DNA of 63,113 nucleotides, filler included, from Chiloscyllium plagiosum (taxonomy: Eukaryota): assembly GCF_004010195.1 (NCBI RefSeq). It is 3 parts of one record of this genome, joined end to end, with 100 filler letters (N's around TTAATTAATTAA, not from the genome) between each part and the next. Parts side by side here need not be neighbours in the genome. Positions count along the whole stretch, not along the records: positions 24,312 to 47,821 come from NC_057717.1; 2 more parts are not named here. One strand, 5' to 3'. This document shows, piece by piece, positions 32,410 through 45,424 of the stretch (position 1 is its first letter; each line of letters begins with the position of its first letter). The translations under genes and the position numbers were made by a program. The notes under the pieces were generated by a model. The model was not told where the DNA came from and did no database searches. It saw only the letters and a program-made list of their open reading frames with translations.

Positions 32410-34950
32410 ATACTGCACGAGACTGCCAGTATGACTGGCCATTTGGCCCAGCTGGTCCATGCCAACCACAATGTCCATCCACACTCACCCCATTTCCCTG
32501 CCTTTGCTCTGTATCCCTCTAATCCTTACCTATCTGTGTATTTGTCCAAATCCCTTTTCAATGTTGTTATTGTACCCACCTCAATCACTTCCCTTGGCAG
32601 CTCAGTCCATATGCGTACCACACTCTGTGTAAAAAAGTTGCCACTCAGGTTCCTTTTTACATATTTTTTTCCTTTCCAAACATTAATGGATGTCCTCTAG
32701 TCCTCGATTCCCCTACCTTAGGGAAAAAATTGAAGTATTCACCCCATGCACGCCTCTCATTATTTTACACGAGTTGCACTTCTATAAGAACCCCCTCAGT
32801 TTCCTACGCTGGAAAGAAATAAGTTCTAACCTATCCAACCTCTGCCTATAACTTAGAGCCTTCAGCCCAGGAAACATATTTGTAAATTTCTTCTACACTC
32901 TTTCTAGTTCAATAATTTCCTTTCTAGAGCAAGGTGAACAAAACTGAACACAGTACTTCAACTGCAGCCTTACCAACATCCTGTACAACTGCAACATAAC
33001 GTCCCAACGTCTATACTCAATGTGCTGATGAAGGCCAATGTGCCAACAGCATTCTTCACTGTCCTGTGTATCTGTGACTCAAATTTCAGATAACCGTGCA
33101 CCTGATCTCAAAAGTCCTTTTGTTCCACTACACGCCTTAAGACCCTCTCATTCATCATTAAACTCCTACCTGGATTTGACTTTTCAAATTGCAAAACATC
33201 ACACTTATCTATATTAAACGCCATTTGCTATTTCTCAGCCCACTTCCTCAATTGACCAAGGTACTGCTGCAATTTCTGATTATGTTCCTCATTTAAATGA
33301 TGCCTCCTAATTTAGTGTCATCTGCAAACTTACTAACCTTGCATTGTGCACTCTTGTGCAAATCATTGATATAGATAACAAACATCAATGGGCCCAGGAC
33401 CGACCACTGAGGCACTCCACTAGTCACAGGCCTCCAGTCCGACAAGCATACCTCCACCATAGCCATTTGCTTCATAACGTCAGGCCAATTGTGTCGCCTA
33501 TTTGGCAGTTTACATTGGAGTCCATGCGATCTAACTTTCCAGAGCGGCCTACCATGTGGAACCTTATCAAAGGCCTTACTGAAATCCATATACACTCTGT
33601 CCACTACCCTGCCCTTGTCAACCTTCCTGGTCACTTCCTCAAAAACTCAAACAAATGTGTAAGGCATGATCTGCCACGGACAAAGCTATGCTGACTGCTC
33701 CAAGTCAAACTCTGTTTTTCCAAATGCATGCATATCTTATATCTCCGAACCTTCTCAAGCGTTTTACCGAAAACAGATGTGAAACTTACTGGTCTATATT
33801 TCCCAGGCATTTATTTGCAGCCCTTCTTGAATAAGGGCATATTTGTTACCGCCTAGTCTTCCGGGTCTATGGCCCATGAACTGTCTTCTCTCGCCACCTG
33901 CAGTGTTCTTGGATATATCTGGTCAGGACCAAGAGATTTATCTGACTTTATGCATTCTAATATGTCCATCAGCACCTCTACTGTGATATTGACTGTACAA
34001 GATATGACAACTAACCTCTCAAAGATCACAGGTCTTCATGTTTTTCTTTATGGTAAACACAGAGGGGGAATTGAGGACCTCACCCATCTCTTGAGGTTTT
34101 ACACATGCGTGCCTATTTTGGATTTTAAGACGTCCTATTCTCTCTCTGGTTGTTCGTTTTCTTTACTATACTGATTTTGGATTCACATTAATCTGCTCAG
34201 CCAAGGCTATCTCATATCCCCTTTTCGCCCTGCTGATTCCCTTCTTCAGTAAACTCCTGTATCCCCTGTGTACCTCCAGAGATTCCCTTGGTCTCAGCTG
34301 CCTGGATACGTGAGCCACGCCTCCTATTTTTACTGGTCAGAGCCTCAATATCTCTTGTAATCCAGGGTTCTCTCTTCCAGCCTCACTTGCCCTTCATCCT
34401 CACAGGAACATATAGACCTTGACCTCGAGCTATCTCACTTTTGAAGCCCTCCCACCTGCCCGGGATACCTTTACCTGGAAACAAACTACTCCAATCACCC
34501 CCTGCAATCCCCTGTCCAATTCCAACAAAATACGTCTTGCCCCAATTTAGAACATGATTCTGTGGACCAATTTTGTCCCTACCATTACTATTTTAAAACT
34601 AATACAGCTCTAGTCACTATTCCCAAAATGCTCGCCCACTTTACCTCCGTCATCTGTCCGACCTTATTTCCCAACAGTAGGTCGAGTTTGTCCCTTCCCC
34701 AATAGGAACCTCTCTATATTGCTTGTGGAAGCCTTCCTGAACACACTTAAAAAATTACGTTCCATCTAAGTTCTAAACCATCTGGAATTACCAGTCTATG
34801 TTAGGAAAATTAAAATCGCCTATTATGTCAACCCTATTGCTCCTGCAAGTCTCGCCAGTCCCATTAATTATTTGGAGGTTTATAGTGCAACCGCTATAAC
34901 ATCACCATCCTCCTCTTACTTCTTTGCACCGTTCACAAAACATCATTGGA
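32410..34950 (-). mobile_element. Long decayed CR1 LINE (endonuclease-side sequence through RT to 3' tail)
   Basis: [48 protein letters not shown] (33293-33634). A GDFN-like segment lies at ~34810. Confidence 0.85.
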
Positions 34951-35719
34951 TATTATCTCAGTTATTTCAACTTTAAATGCTAGAGTGATATGTGCCTTAA
35001 TCAGAACTATTGTTATTTAAACTGTTTCCATTTATGTCTCTTCCTCACATTGATTTTCACATTCACAGCACCCCTTGTCAATGTACAGTGCAGATATGGA
35101 GCAGTAAATGGATGGGAACTGCACATCCTGTCACTGCCAGCATTGGTTGCATTTTTCACCACACTGGGCAGTGATCTAACAGTGTTACCGAACAATGCAA
35201 CAGCCTGGATGTATATATGAATGAACCAGTGCGGACTGCACAGCTTCCCATGCTGAACATTTAGCCCAGGATTATAGATCAAGCATTGGTGTGGGCTGCA
35301 CAGAGTTTCACTCTGGACATTGCTGGGTTGCATACAGCTGTACACTAGCCGGATCTACACAGTGCTTCATCCTGAATATGTAATGGGTGGGCTGGTTATG
35401 CGAGTTGGATTGCGAATGTGAGAGTACAAAACATCTGACAATACCTTTATTTTGTGTTTTCATTCTGGTCATTGGACACCTCAAATCCTGACTTATCCTG
35501 TTAGATCCATCCTTCTGGATGAGTGATGGTGAGTGTTGTTGCAGCATCTGAGTCTGCAACATGACCAAGAAACGGAGCAGAGGCTGCAGAGAGGGGAGTC
35601 TCCGTAAAATGGAATGAGGGAATCACAATCAGATCAGCCGTGGTCTTTGTGAATGTTGGGGCAGGATTGTGTGGACCACTAATGCAACCTATTCATATAT
35701 TTCTGTTTGTTCCAAGCAA

Positions 35720-36235
35720 ACTCCCCTTCTCTCCCAGTGTCCCATACTGGTGGGGAGTGAGTCACCTCCTCCTGTCCTTGCATAACAGGATGCTGGGGCC
35801 TCACTAACCTCCAGATTTCCCTGTGCCCCAGTTTCGAACTCTGAGTGATTCCCTCCCGTCCCTGTCTCACAGTCTCAAGCAGTTGAATGACTGCGTCCTG
35901 TTCCTGTGTCCCAATCTTGGGCAGCTGAGTGACTGCCTCCTGATCCAAGGTTTGTGACAGTAGATGTCCTCCTCTTACTACTGACTAACAGGTTCCGATA
36001 GCTCTGTGCTCACCTGCTGCTCCTGTGGAATGGAGTAGAGGGCCTGAATGGCCTCTTCACATTCCTTACAGCTTCACTTGGCTAAAAGCCTTTCTCCTGT
36101 TTTTGTAAAACACCATCAAAATCTGAATGATGTATTTTTGTATTTTACTCTCAGCAATTGAACAAACAAGTTGCCTGACAGAATTCAAAAGCTGAATAGC
36201 CTCCTCCTGTTGCTGTGTTATACACTCAAGAGGCA
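35720..36235 (+). repeat. Degenerate 42-bp satellite (left part of array 2)
   Basis: Same GCTGAAT(G/A)GCCTCCTCCTGTT-type units as 11585-13110. Confidence 0.6.
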
Positions 36236-38870
36236 ATAGAGTTTCAGAGATGTACAGCACGGAAAAATACCTTTTGGTCTGATCGCCCATACCGACCAAA
36301 TATCCTAAATAAATCTCGTCCCCCTTGCCAACACTTGGCCGATATCCCTCTAAACAGTTCCCATGCGTCTATCCATCTAAATGCCTTTTAAATGGTGTAC
36401 CTCTACCTGCCTCCACCACCTCTTTTGGCTCTTCAATCCATACACACAGTAGTCTCTGTGTGAAAATGTTGTCCCTCATGTTCCTTTTTAAATCTTTCCA
36501 CTCTCACCTTAAACCTTTGTCTTCTAATTTTGGACTCGCGAATCCTGGGGAAAAGACTTTGACTGTTTATCTTATCTATGCCCCTCATGATTTCATAAAA
36601 CTCTTTAACGTCACCCCTTAGCCTCAATACTTGAAAATAGCCCCAGCCTATTCAAACTCTCCCTGTAACTCTAACCATCCAACACCTGCAACATTATTTT
36701 AAGTCTCTTCTGCACCCTTTAAAGTTTGACAACATCTTTCCGACAGCAGGGAGACCAGGATTAAAGGCGATCTTACAAAAGTGGCCAAACCAATGTCCTG
36801 TACAGATGCAACACGTCGTGAAAATGCTTAGACTCAAAGCACGGACCAATAAAGGGAAGATCACCAAGTGCCTTCTTCACTGCGTTGTCTACCTGTGGCG
36901 GCACGTTCAAGGAACGGAGAACCTGCACCACAAGGTGACACAGGAGCTCAGTGACTAGCATTGCTGCTTCAGAGCGCCATTCAATATGATCATGGCTGAT
37001 CATCCTTAATCAGTATCCTGTTCCTGCCTTATCTCCATAACCCTTGATTCCACTATTCAGAGCGCGGCGAACTGGGTTTAATTCCATCCTTGAATGACTG
37101 TCTGTGTGGAGTTTGCACATTCTCCCCGTGTCTGCATGAGTTTCCTCCGGATGTTATGTTTTCCTCCGACAGTATAAAGGTATACAGATAAGGGCAGATT
37201 GGCCATGCTAAATTGCGTAAAGTACCCAGGAATGTGTAGGCGAGGTGGATTAGTCATGGGAAATGCAGGCTCAGAGGGTTAGGGTAGGGGTTTGTCCAAT
37301 GGGAAACTTTTTAGAGGGTCGTTGTGTCCTCAATGGGCCGAATAGGCTGTTTCCTCACTTTGGGATTCGATAATTTCGATGGAGTTCTCCTTGATTGGCA
37401 GCTTTCGACAGGACCCTATCTACATGTCTTGCCTTGATTTGTCTTGCCAAAATGCAACACCTCACATTTAAGTAAAATAAACTCCATCTGCCACTCCTCG
37501 GTCCACCTAAGCAAAGTCCCATTATAGTCTGAGAGATAATTCTTCACTGTCGACTGCACCACCAAATTTGGTATTATCTACAAACTTACTGACCATACTT
37601 CATATACTCAAATGCTAATGATTTGTATAAGTGAAAAAAGGCAGTGGACCCACTATTGATCTTTGCGGCACGCCACTAGTCACAGGTCTCCAAGTTTAAA
37701 GAACAAATGTCCACTGTCACTCCCTGTCTCCAATTTTCAAGAAAATTTTGGATCTAAGAGGGGAGCTCGCCCTGTATTCCAGGCAGTCTGCCCTTGTTAA
37801 CCAGTCTACCATGTAGAACATTTTGGTTTTCATATTGAATTCCACAAAGACAACATCTATTGTCCTGCCTTCAACAATCATCTTCATCGCTTCCTCAAAA
37901 CATTCCACCGAGTCAGTGAGATCTCCAATGTACAAAGCCCTCTTCAGACCTTGTCTTTCCAAATGCGTATACATCCTTTTCCTTAAAATCCCGTCCAACA
38001 ATTTAGTCACCATTGACGTCAGGCTCACCAATCTATAGTTATCTGGTTTTTCCTGACTTTCTTAAATAATTACACTATGTTAGCAGCCCTCCGGTCTTTT
38101 GACACCTCACTTGTGAAAATCAATGAACAAACATATCAGCAAAAGGCTGAGCAATCTCTTTCCTAGCCTCCCACATACTTCTGGGATTCAACTAATCAGT
38201 CCCAGGAATTTGCTCACCTTCGTATGTTTTAAAAGGCTCTACATCTCCTTGTAATATAGATACTTTTCAAGATATCACAATATATTTTTTCATTCTCTCG
38301 CTCTTGTAACCCCCTCCACATTAAATACAGTAGAGAAATTCTTGCTTCATATCCCCCCCATCTCATGTGGTTCCACACATAGGTAGCCTTACTGATCTAT
38401 AAGGGGACCTATTCTCTCCCTAGTTAATCTCTTGCCATTAAAGGATTTGTAGAATTTCTTCAATGCCTCGTTAACCCTATTTCTAAAGCCATCTCATGTC
38501 CACGTTTTTCTGGTCCGATTTCCCCATTGACTATGCAGTTTCTGCCCTTATACACCTCTCGGGATTTACTTGATCTCAGCTCTGTTTACCTGACATATGC
38601 CTCCTTCCTTACCTTGCCATCCAATATATCTAACCATCCAGCACTCCCTGCACCCACCAGCCTTGCCCATCTCACAAAAAAGAACACGTTGGCTCTGGAC
38701 TCTCTGAATCCAAGTTTTGATGGCCTTGCATATTCCAACAATCTCTTTACCTGTGAATAGGATATCCCAACCAGCTTTTCACAGGGCTCGCCTAACACTT
38801 TCAAAATTGGCTTTATTCAAAGTTAGAAATTTACACCAGATCTTTCCCATTCCACAACTAGCGTAAAACT
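36236..38870 (-). mobile_element. CR1 LINE(s) with a nested plus-strand V-SINE (~37060-37370), splitting the satellite array
   Basis: Minus ORFs RLRGDVKEFYEIMRGIDKINSQSLFPR (36433-36627) and VSLTSMVTKLLDGILR..ECFEE (37717-38031). V-domain at ~37100-37160. Confidence 0.75.
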
Positions 38871-38881
38871 AATATTTATGC

Positions 38882-39075
38882 GTAACAGACTTGAAAGTTA
38901 AATAGACACTTCCTGCCCCTCTGTAATCGGCTTGAGAGGCTGAATGGCCTCCTCCTGCCCCTCTGTAATATACCCAAGAAGCTTAATGGCCTCCTCCTGT
39001 TCTTCTATAACACATTCGAGAGGCTTCATGGCCTCCTCCTGTCCCTGTGTAACAGACCCGAAACATTAAATGACA
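38882..39075 (+). repeat. 42-bp satellite, best-preserved units
   Basis: Units such as GTAATCGGCTTGAGAGGCTGAATGGCCTCCTCCTGCCCCTCT recur with an exact 42-nt period. Confidence 0.85.
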
Positions 39076-39511
39076 CAGCAACCCGTGGATTACGAGCAGT
39101 GGTTCAACTGTATCTGACGGAGGTCCATCCCTTCTCAGTTACAGAAACACAGACAACAAAATGTGCTCCAGGGGCCCTCTCAGTAACACCTCATACAGCT
39201 GCAGCGACACATCTCTTTGTTTTGAATGATTCTGTTGGCAACATGTCCCAATATTCCAGCTTTCCAACTTTCAAGTAGCAACAGGCTAATATGGGCTGAA
39301 TGGTCTTCTCTTATCCCTCTCTAATAGGTCCATAGGGACAGAATTGCTTCGGCCTGTTCCTGAGCAACAGTCTCAATGCTCTGTCTCAAGGTTATGAAAG
39401 GATTTGATAACAGGGCATTAAAACCAGGAGTAGCCTCACACTGGTCATGAAGTACCGTACTTTGTGTTAAGGTATCTAGAAACTTGTCCACCCGACTTTT
39501 TCTTTATGCAG

Positions 39512-39658
39512 GTAAAAACAATGACTGCAGATGCTGGAAACCAGATTCTGGATCAGGAATGCCGGATGAAGGGCTTTTGCCCGAAACGTCAATTTCGCTG
39601 CTTGTTGGATGCTGCCTGAACTGCTGTGCTCTTCCAGCACCACGGATCCAGATTTATT
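39512..39658. mobile_element. Internally deleted Penelope-derived foldback element with hammerhead-like motif and 9-bp target duplication
   Basis: Flanked by TTTATGCAG at 39503-39511 and 39659-39667. Contains C(G)GATGA-A-GGGC-TTTT-GCCC-GAAAC-GTC at ~39563-39590. Confidence 0.7.
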
Positions 39659-39894
39659 TTTATGCAGCCGATCTGTTATTTTATACCTGCCTCCTTTCAT
39701 AACCAGAGTGGAACATATATAGACCCCTGCAGTGTTTCGTTAATACTCTCATATACAAGGCAAAAAAGATTGAAAACATTGAAAGATTTATGGTCCATCC
39801 CTCAGCAACCCTCATCCATTCCATCCAAACACAGTAAATGTTCCCTTTTATAGTGTTATGAAAAGTGATGCATGTAACTGGTTAACTGAGCCAA

Positions 39895-39918
39895 TTTGTT
39901 CAGTGACTGTGATTAATG
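39895..39918 (+). promoter_or_regulatory. Conserved upstream motif of GPCR paralog B
   Basis: 24/24 identical to 13947-13970. Confidence 0.45.
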
Positions 39919-40107
39919 CCAGTCTCCATGGATTATAATTATCCCAGTGGAGGGTTTCCGTGTTTTTATGATAAATGGGCGCCGTTCCATGTGTTATCCC
40001 ATAACATGAGCGGAGAATCACCGACAGCACTGACAGGGATCAGCAGTTCCAGAGAAAGGGGGAGGAGAGATCAGAATCTGAGAACATTAGACTGGAATGT
40101 TTCAACA

Positions 40108-40285
40108 ATGGATCAGAATCTGAGAATATTAGACTGGAACACTCTAACAATAGACAGGAGCTTATCCGATTATGTTTGGTATCTTTCTGCATTTGATTGG
40201 TTGTCATTATCATTGCGGATCTATTACGCTCTTCTCATTATTCAATACTTCTATTATCCCTTCCTGGCTATCGTTGGTGTTCCTG
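40108..40285 (+). CDS. First coding exon (N-terminus + TM1) of a GPR139/GPR142-like class A GPCR, paralog B (in-frame upstream ATG at 40006 possible); rest of gene not found
   Basis: MDQNLRILDWNTLTIDRSLSDYVWYLSAFDWLSLSLRIYYALLIIQYFYYPFLAIVGVP(G) ends at a phase-1 donor G|GTAAGC (40285/40286). 178 nt, the same as paralog A. Confidence 0.75.
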
Positions 40286-41809
40286 GTAAGCGTCACTGTC
40301 CAGATTTTGTTTTCTATAAACCAATTATGACTGTATTATTGTTCTTTTATATAGTCTACACTTCTTGTCACTATTATTGTTCCTGTTGTAACTCTGAATC
40401 CAGATATTCACTCTACAGACCACTACTAACTACATTAATGAAGGTGTTCAATTATTGTTTCCCTCTCTGCTCTGGCAGTGTTACTCACGGGTCCCTGTGT
40501 TGACCTACTCAGTTTCAGCGGAGAACCATAATGCATTGTATCATTGCCTTCGTTATTTAAATAATAAGAGCACGGAGGTCACTGTCTACTGTTCTGGTTA
40601 CAAATTCCACTTCCTTCCACTGTTTCCATCCCATCCCTGGCCAATATCTGCGGCTGAAGCAAACAAGTCCCAACTGTGGGGCATCCCTTTGTCCATGAGC
40701 TGAATCTTCACACCATTCCCTGACCATTTCTAACATGAAATACTCACCACTCCAGAATATACCTCACTGGCTTATTCCATCTCCTGTTGAATCTTGAGCT
40801 ATGAAGGACAGCCTTAATGAAGCCAGTAATCTGCTGCTGATGCTCCCGGCTTCAATCCTGATGCGACCTCACACCAAACTCCCATCCATCTGTCATTCAT
40901 GTGTATGCCGATGTATATTGCTGTTATGTCTGGCAATGACTTTATTTAAACATTATCAAATACTTTAGCGTATCTGTCCATGAAACTTCTCTCGTTCTCT
41001 CTGTTGATTAACAAAAAGCCTGCCAGTTGTTCGTATTTAAAATTGTTTTCTCCATGTGCATTCCTCCTCAAACATTCAACCACGCCTATCGCGCACGCAC
41101 ACGCACTCTCTCTTTCAGTCTCTGATGAACACACACACGCACGCAGAGAGAGCAAACCTTCCCATTACAGACAGTAATCTGATGCGAGTATAGTTAGCAT
41201 ATGATAAGTAAAGTTTGCAATGCTCTCCATGCTGGGCAGATAGTGCAGTTTACTGAGCAACATACAAGCATGGTCTGCACAGCTCTCCATGCTGGGCTGT
41301 CATCTTGTCCCAGTTTATGTTGTTTGTGGTGTTCTGTCAAGCAGATTCAGAATTTGATGTAACAAACCATTTCAGCTGATCTGAAAATGCCTTTATTCAA
41401 TGTTCTCATTCTTGTAATTTTACTCTCGAAGGTGTCACTTCTCCAGTTAGTTCCACTGCCCTGTCTTTTTCCACATATTTCTACAACATCTTCTCAGTTA
41501 ATTAACTGTCTGTTTCTGCCTTTACTGTGAATCTCTCTGTCCCTCTGTATCTTTCCCTGGCCTTGGGTTTCGGCTCCCTAGTGTATCGAGTGCTGGAATT
41601 GTGTAGCTCAGAAATAATGAAATGGGATGTGTCATGCTGTTGTTCCCTTCCCAGTATGTCCGATGTGATAATCCATGAACAGGCGTTTTTCAGAAGTCAA
41701 GAGACACATTCCTGTAACTTGGTCTGTACCTGTGTTTGCCCCGCTCAGGTGATCTTGCTATCAGTAACACGAGGAAGCCCCTTGAGTAAAGGACCAGGCA
41801 TCTAAATTG

Positions 41810-44800
41810 TATGACAATGCTGTCAATTCTTTGTTAAAAAGGTTATTTTCTCCTTTTTTGTGTAGAAAGCGATCTTAAAGGCCAAACTGCCTACTGAAAA
41901 CGGCTGAAGTAAACAACTTATGAGGCTTTTAGTGTTTTTAATAAATAGTCGTAACAATGGCCCAGCTCGCACAGACAGGTTTTCCAGATTTTTTCTTGTA
42001 GATGTAAAAGTTACCAAGTGCTGCGGGTCCTGGAAGGGTTGGGAGTTTTAGTAAATTATCCCTCTATGCTATTCTCTCTGAAACCTCAGTTGATACTGTT
42101 TCCTCCTGGATTGGAGAACTGTGTGCAAGAATGCATGTCTGAATGGATTGGATTACTTACAGTGTGGAAACAGGCCCTTCGGCTCAACAAGTCTACACCG
42201 ACCCGCCGAACAGCAACCCACCTAGACCCATTCCCCATATTTAGCCCTTCACCTAACACTACGGACAATTTAGCATTGCCAATTCACCTAACCTGCACAT
42301 TTTTGGACTGTGGGAGGAAACCGGAGCACCCAGAGGATCCCCACGCGGACACGGGGAGAATGTGCAAACTCCACACAGTCAGCCACCTGAGGTGGGAATT
42401 GAACGTGGGTCTCTGGCGCTGGGAGGCAACAGTGCTAACCACTGTGCCACCGTGCCACCCACGGTGCCGCTCTGTGATGTTAATAAATTGGAACAGTTCA
42501 TTAGTAGAAGGTACTGTATCCATCATTCAGTTAAGGTTTCCAATAGTTAAGTTATTCTAAATTCCTCTTCATTTTTTATGGATTTTCATTAGAGTGTTTA
42601 AATATATTGTGTTTTGCAGAATGGTGAGTGGTTTGACTAGTACTATCACATCTGGAATACCCACTTCCCATTTACCTTTAAAATAAGAAAGGTGTGGCAT
42701 CCAAGCTACCCTCTTAAACTAGTTTGAGGCAGTCCAGTTAGTCTATAGCAAACTGAGGACTCTTGTCTGGTTCTAAATCGATAATACCAAATTGGGTTTA
42801 GAATTACAATCCGTACAGTGTGCAAACAGGCAATTCGACCCAACAGATCCGCACCGACCCTCCGAGGAGTAACCTACCGAGACCCATTCCTCTACCCTAT
42901 TATTACACATTTACCCCAAGGCAACTAACCCACACGTCCCTGAAAACTACGAACAATTTAGCATGACCAATTCACCTGACATTCACATCTTTGAGTTGTG
43001 GGAGGGAACAAGACAATCCAGAATAAGCTCATGCAGACACTGGAGAGTATGCACCAGGAGGCTATTAGGTTTAAAGGACGCGTATGGTAGTTGTTCGAGT
43101 CTTTGGTTCCGGATGTTGAATTCAGTTGGTTTAAGCAGTGTTTTTGTGTACAAAAATTCTTTCAGTCACTAAGAGTTCTCTGGGTGTGGAGGAAGTGAAG
43201 TTGGGTTTTTACAAAAGGTAATGAAGGCAAAGCTGTAGGAATTGACAGACAAGCTGGTGTTGGGGTTGCGTTTGTCTGTGAGAAAATGAGAAGATAATTA
43301 CAGCTGTAACTCGGCAATTACATTTGGTGGAACCGCCATCAGACTCTTTGGAAATGGTGAGAATTTCAAATGAGGCAATTTGAAATGAGGCAATTTGAAC
43401 ACGAGAAGGAATTGAAACAGTTTGAATTATGATGAAAATTAGAAACAAAACAAAAAGGAAATGAAGAAGGAAGAGAGAAAAGGACAGAAGAAAAGCAGAG
43501 AGTTTCAACTTAAACAGTTAGCAATTAGAGAGGAAAGTTGACATAGAAGGCGGAGATGAAGGTAGACGGTCGGCGGGATGAGGAGGTTAGTGAGGTTGAG
43601 CAACCCTAATGTAACCAATGGCCTAACGGGGTTCTGTTTAAATACATCCAGACATTCTCTAAATTTGATGAGAAGGATGGGGAAGCCTTTTGAATTTCAT
43701 TTGAGAAAGTGGCTAAACACATGAAGTGACCAGTGACCATGTGGATTTAGTTGATCCAAACAAAGCTGATAAGTATTTGCATCCCTATCGGAAGAGGTAT
43801 CTGGCCAGTATGGGAGAAAGCCACCTGAAGTGCATATGAGCTTGGGCCAGAAGCCGACAGACAGTGTTTCAGGAATCTAATAAAAGGGTAGCTGCTTAAA
43901 CGCACATTGAGTTTGAAAGGATCAAACAAAGTAATTTTGAAATGTGGGTAAGGGTATTAAAAACAGAGCAAAACTATGACACTCTTAGAGAGATTCTTAA
44001 TTTGGAGAATTTCAACAATTCACTTCCTGCGGTGGTGAGAACTCGTGTGGAAGAGCAGAGAGTAACAATGGCAAGATTAGAAGCTGAAATGGCTGATGAT
44101 GATGATTGGGTTCAGAGATCAAAGTTTGTTTTCTGTGAGAGATTGAGAAGAATGTGCGACATCTTCTTAAAACATATACCTGTGAAAGTAAGGTCAACTG
44201 GCATAGGCAAGGATTTGCAGGTAAAGAGATTACAGCATTAAGAGGTACAGAAGTATGTAATTCTTTTATGCTGAGACATGAGGAGCTATGTCATTCAGAG
44301 GGAGTATTGGAGGGATGAGAAGTGCTCCATTATGTAACGTGTGATTGGAGTGTCCAGTGGAAACATCAACAGATTTATTCCACAAAGGGGAAGGAGGCCT
44401 TGAGCTTAGTGTTGGCGTTACAACATTTCAGCATTTCAATTGCGAATAACATGCATGAGACAAATCTTTATCACTGATCGTGACCCCTTAAAGTTTGTGG
44501 AGAAGTTTAGGGAGAAAAATACCAGTCTGTTTCGATTGAACTTATTATTGCTGCCATTCCGTTTGAAATTATACAGGTGACAGGGCGAGAAAACGTAAGT
44601 TTTGACACGTTGTGGAGACTTGGATGAAGAAAGACAAAGGCATTCTGTGGCAGGAGTAAAATGACTGAAATCGAAACTAGTTGTGAACATTTGTATGCTC
44701 ACAGTCAATGTAATACATATGCATATCAGTCTACTAATAGAGGAAGACTAGGTGGTCTAAAATGAATCCACCATTGTATATTGATGGATTATTGTACTAA

Positions 44801-45424
44801 AGATGGAGTTGTGAGGATACTATCACTGTAAAAAGGTTATTTTCTCTTGCGCTTTTTTTTAAGAGAGCTTTTAAAGGCAGAGGTGCAGAACTGCTGTCTG
44901 AAAACAGTTAAAGTAAATAACTGAGATTTTAGGTTTCATTAAAACGGTGGTAACAATGGAAGAGCAGTGGCCAGCTCTCCCAGACCAGGTTTCCTCGTTT
45001 TGTTTTTAGCTGCAGCATTCAGAAGCTGCTGGGGATCCCAAAAGGATTGGAAGTTTCAATACATGATCCCCCAGCTGCTTTTCTCTGAGATCTCTGTTGA
45101 TGTTCTTTCCCCCCGGATTGGAAAACTGCTGTAAGGATCTGTATTTGAATGTATCTTTGTGCCAAGTGGTGTAAAGCAAGAAGATACGGTATCTATTGTT
45201 TGTGTAAGTGTTCCAACATATAAGCTATACCAAAATGTTCTTTTCTTTGATTGCATTTTAACTAAAGCATTTGAATAGATTATATTTTGCTTTATGTCGA
45301 GTGGTTTGACCAGTCACAACATATCTGTAAGGCACACTTCCCATCTGTATTCAAAATAAGGAACGGTTTGGGTCAAAGCCGCCTTCTGGAAATATTTTGC
45401 GGGGATCTGGTCTGGTCCACAACA
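41810..45424 (+). mobile_element. Internally deleted Gmr1-like Gypsy element with two diverged LTRs (41810-42750, 44810-45424)
   Basis: The LTRs share termini (TATGACAATGCTGTC vs TGTGAGGATACTATC; ..CTATAGCA vs ..CCACAACA). Flanks ATTG/CTTG resemble a 4-bp TSD. Gag remnant FSKFDEKDGEAF*ISFEKVAK..WVRVLKTEQNYDTLREILNLENFNNSLP, RNase H tail ~44400-44610. Confidence 0.75.
42142..42460 (-). mobile_element. V-SINE inserted in the Gypsy 5' LTR
   Basis: Reverse complement of the same SINE family as 12370-12688. Present in both segmental copies (also ~50608-50926). Confidence 0.88.

Noticed and set aside
38882..39075. Regularly spaced repeats resembling a CRISPR array
   Set aside because: The units are head-to-tail with no unique spacers, the context is eukaryotic and there are no cas genes.
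38882..40152. Same 42-bp period in the satellite and in the GPCR exon repeat
   Set aside because: I see no sequence similarity between the two units, so I treat it as coincidence.
39916..40503. 195-aa ORF as a complete membrane protein
   Set aside because: Similarity to paralog A at the protein level ends at the conserved GTAAG donor (40286). The remainder is intron read-through.
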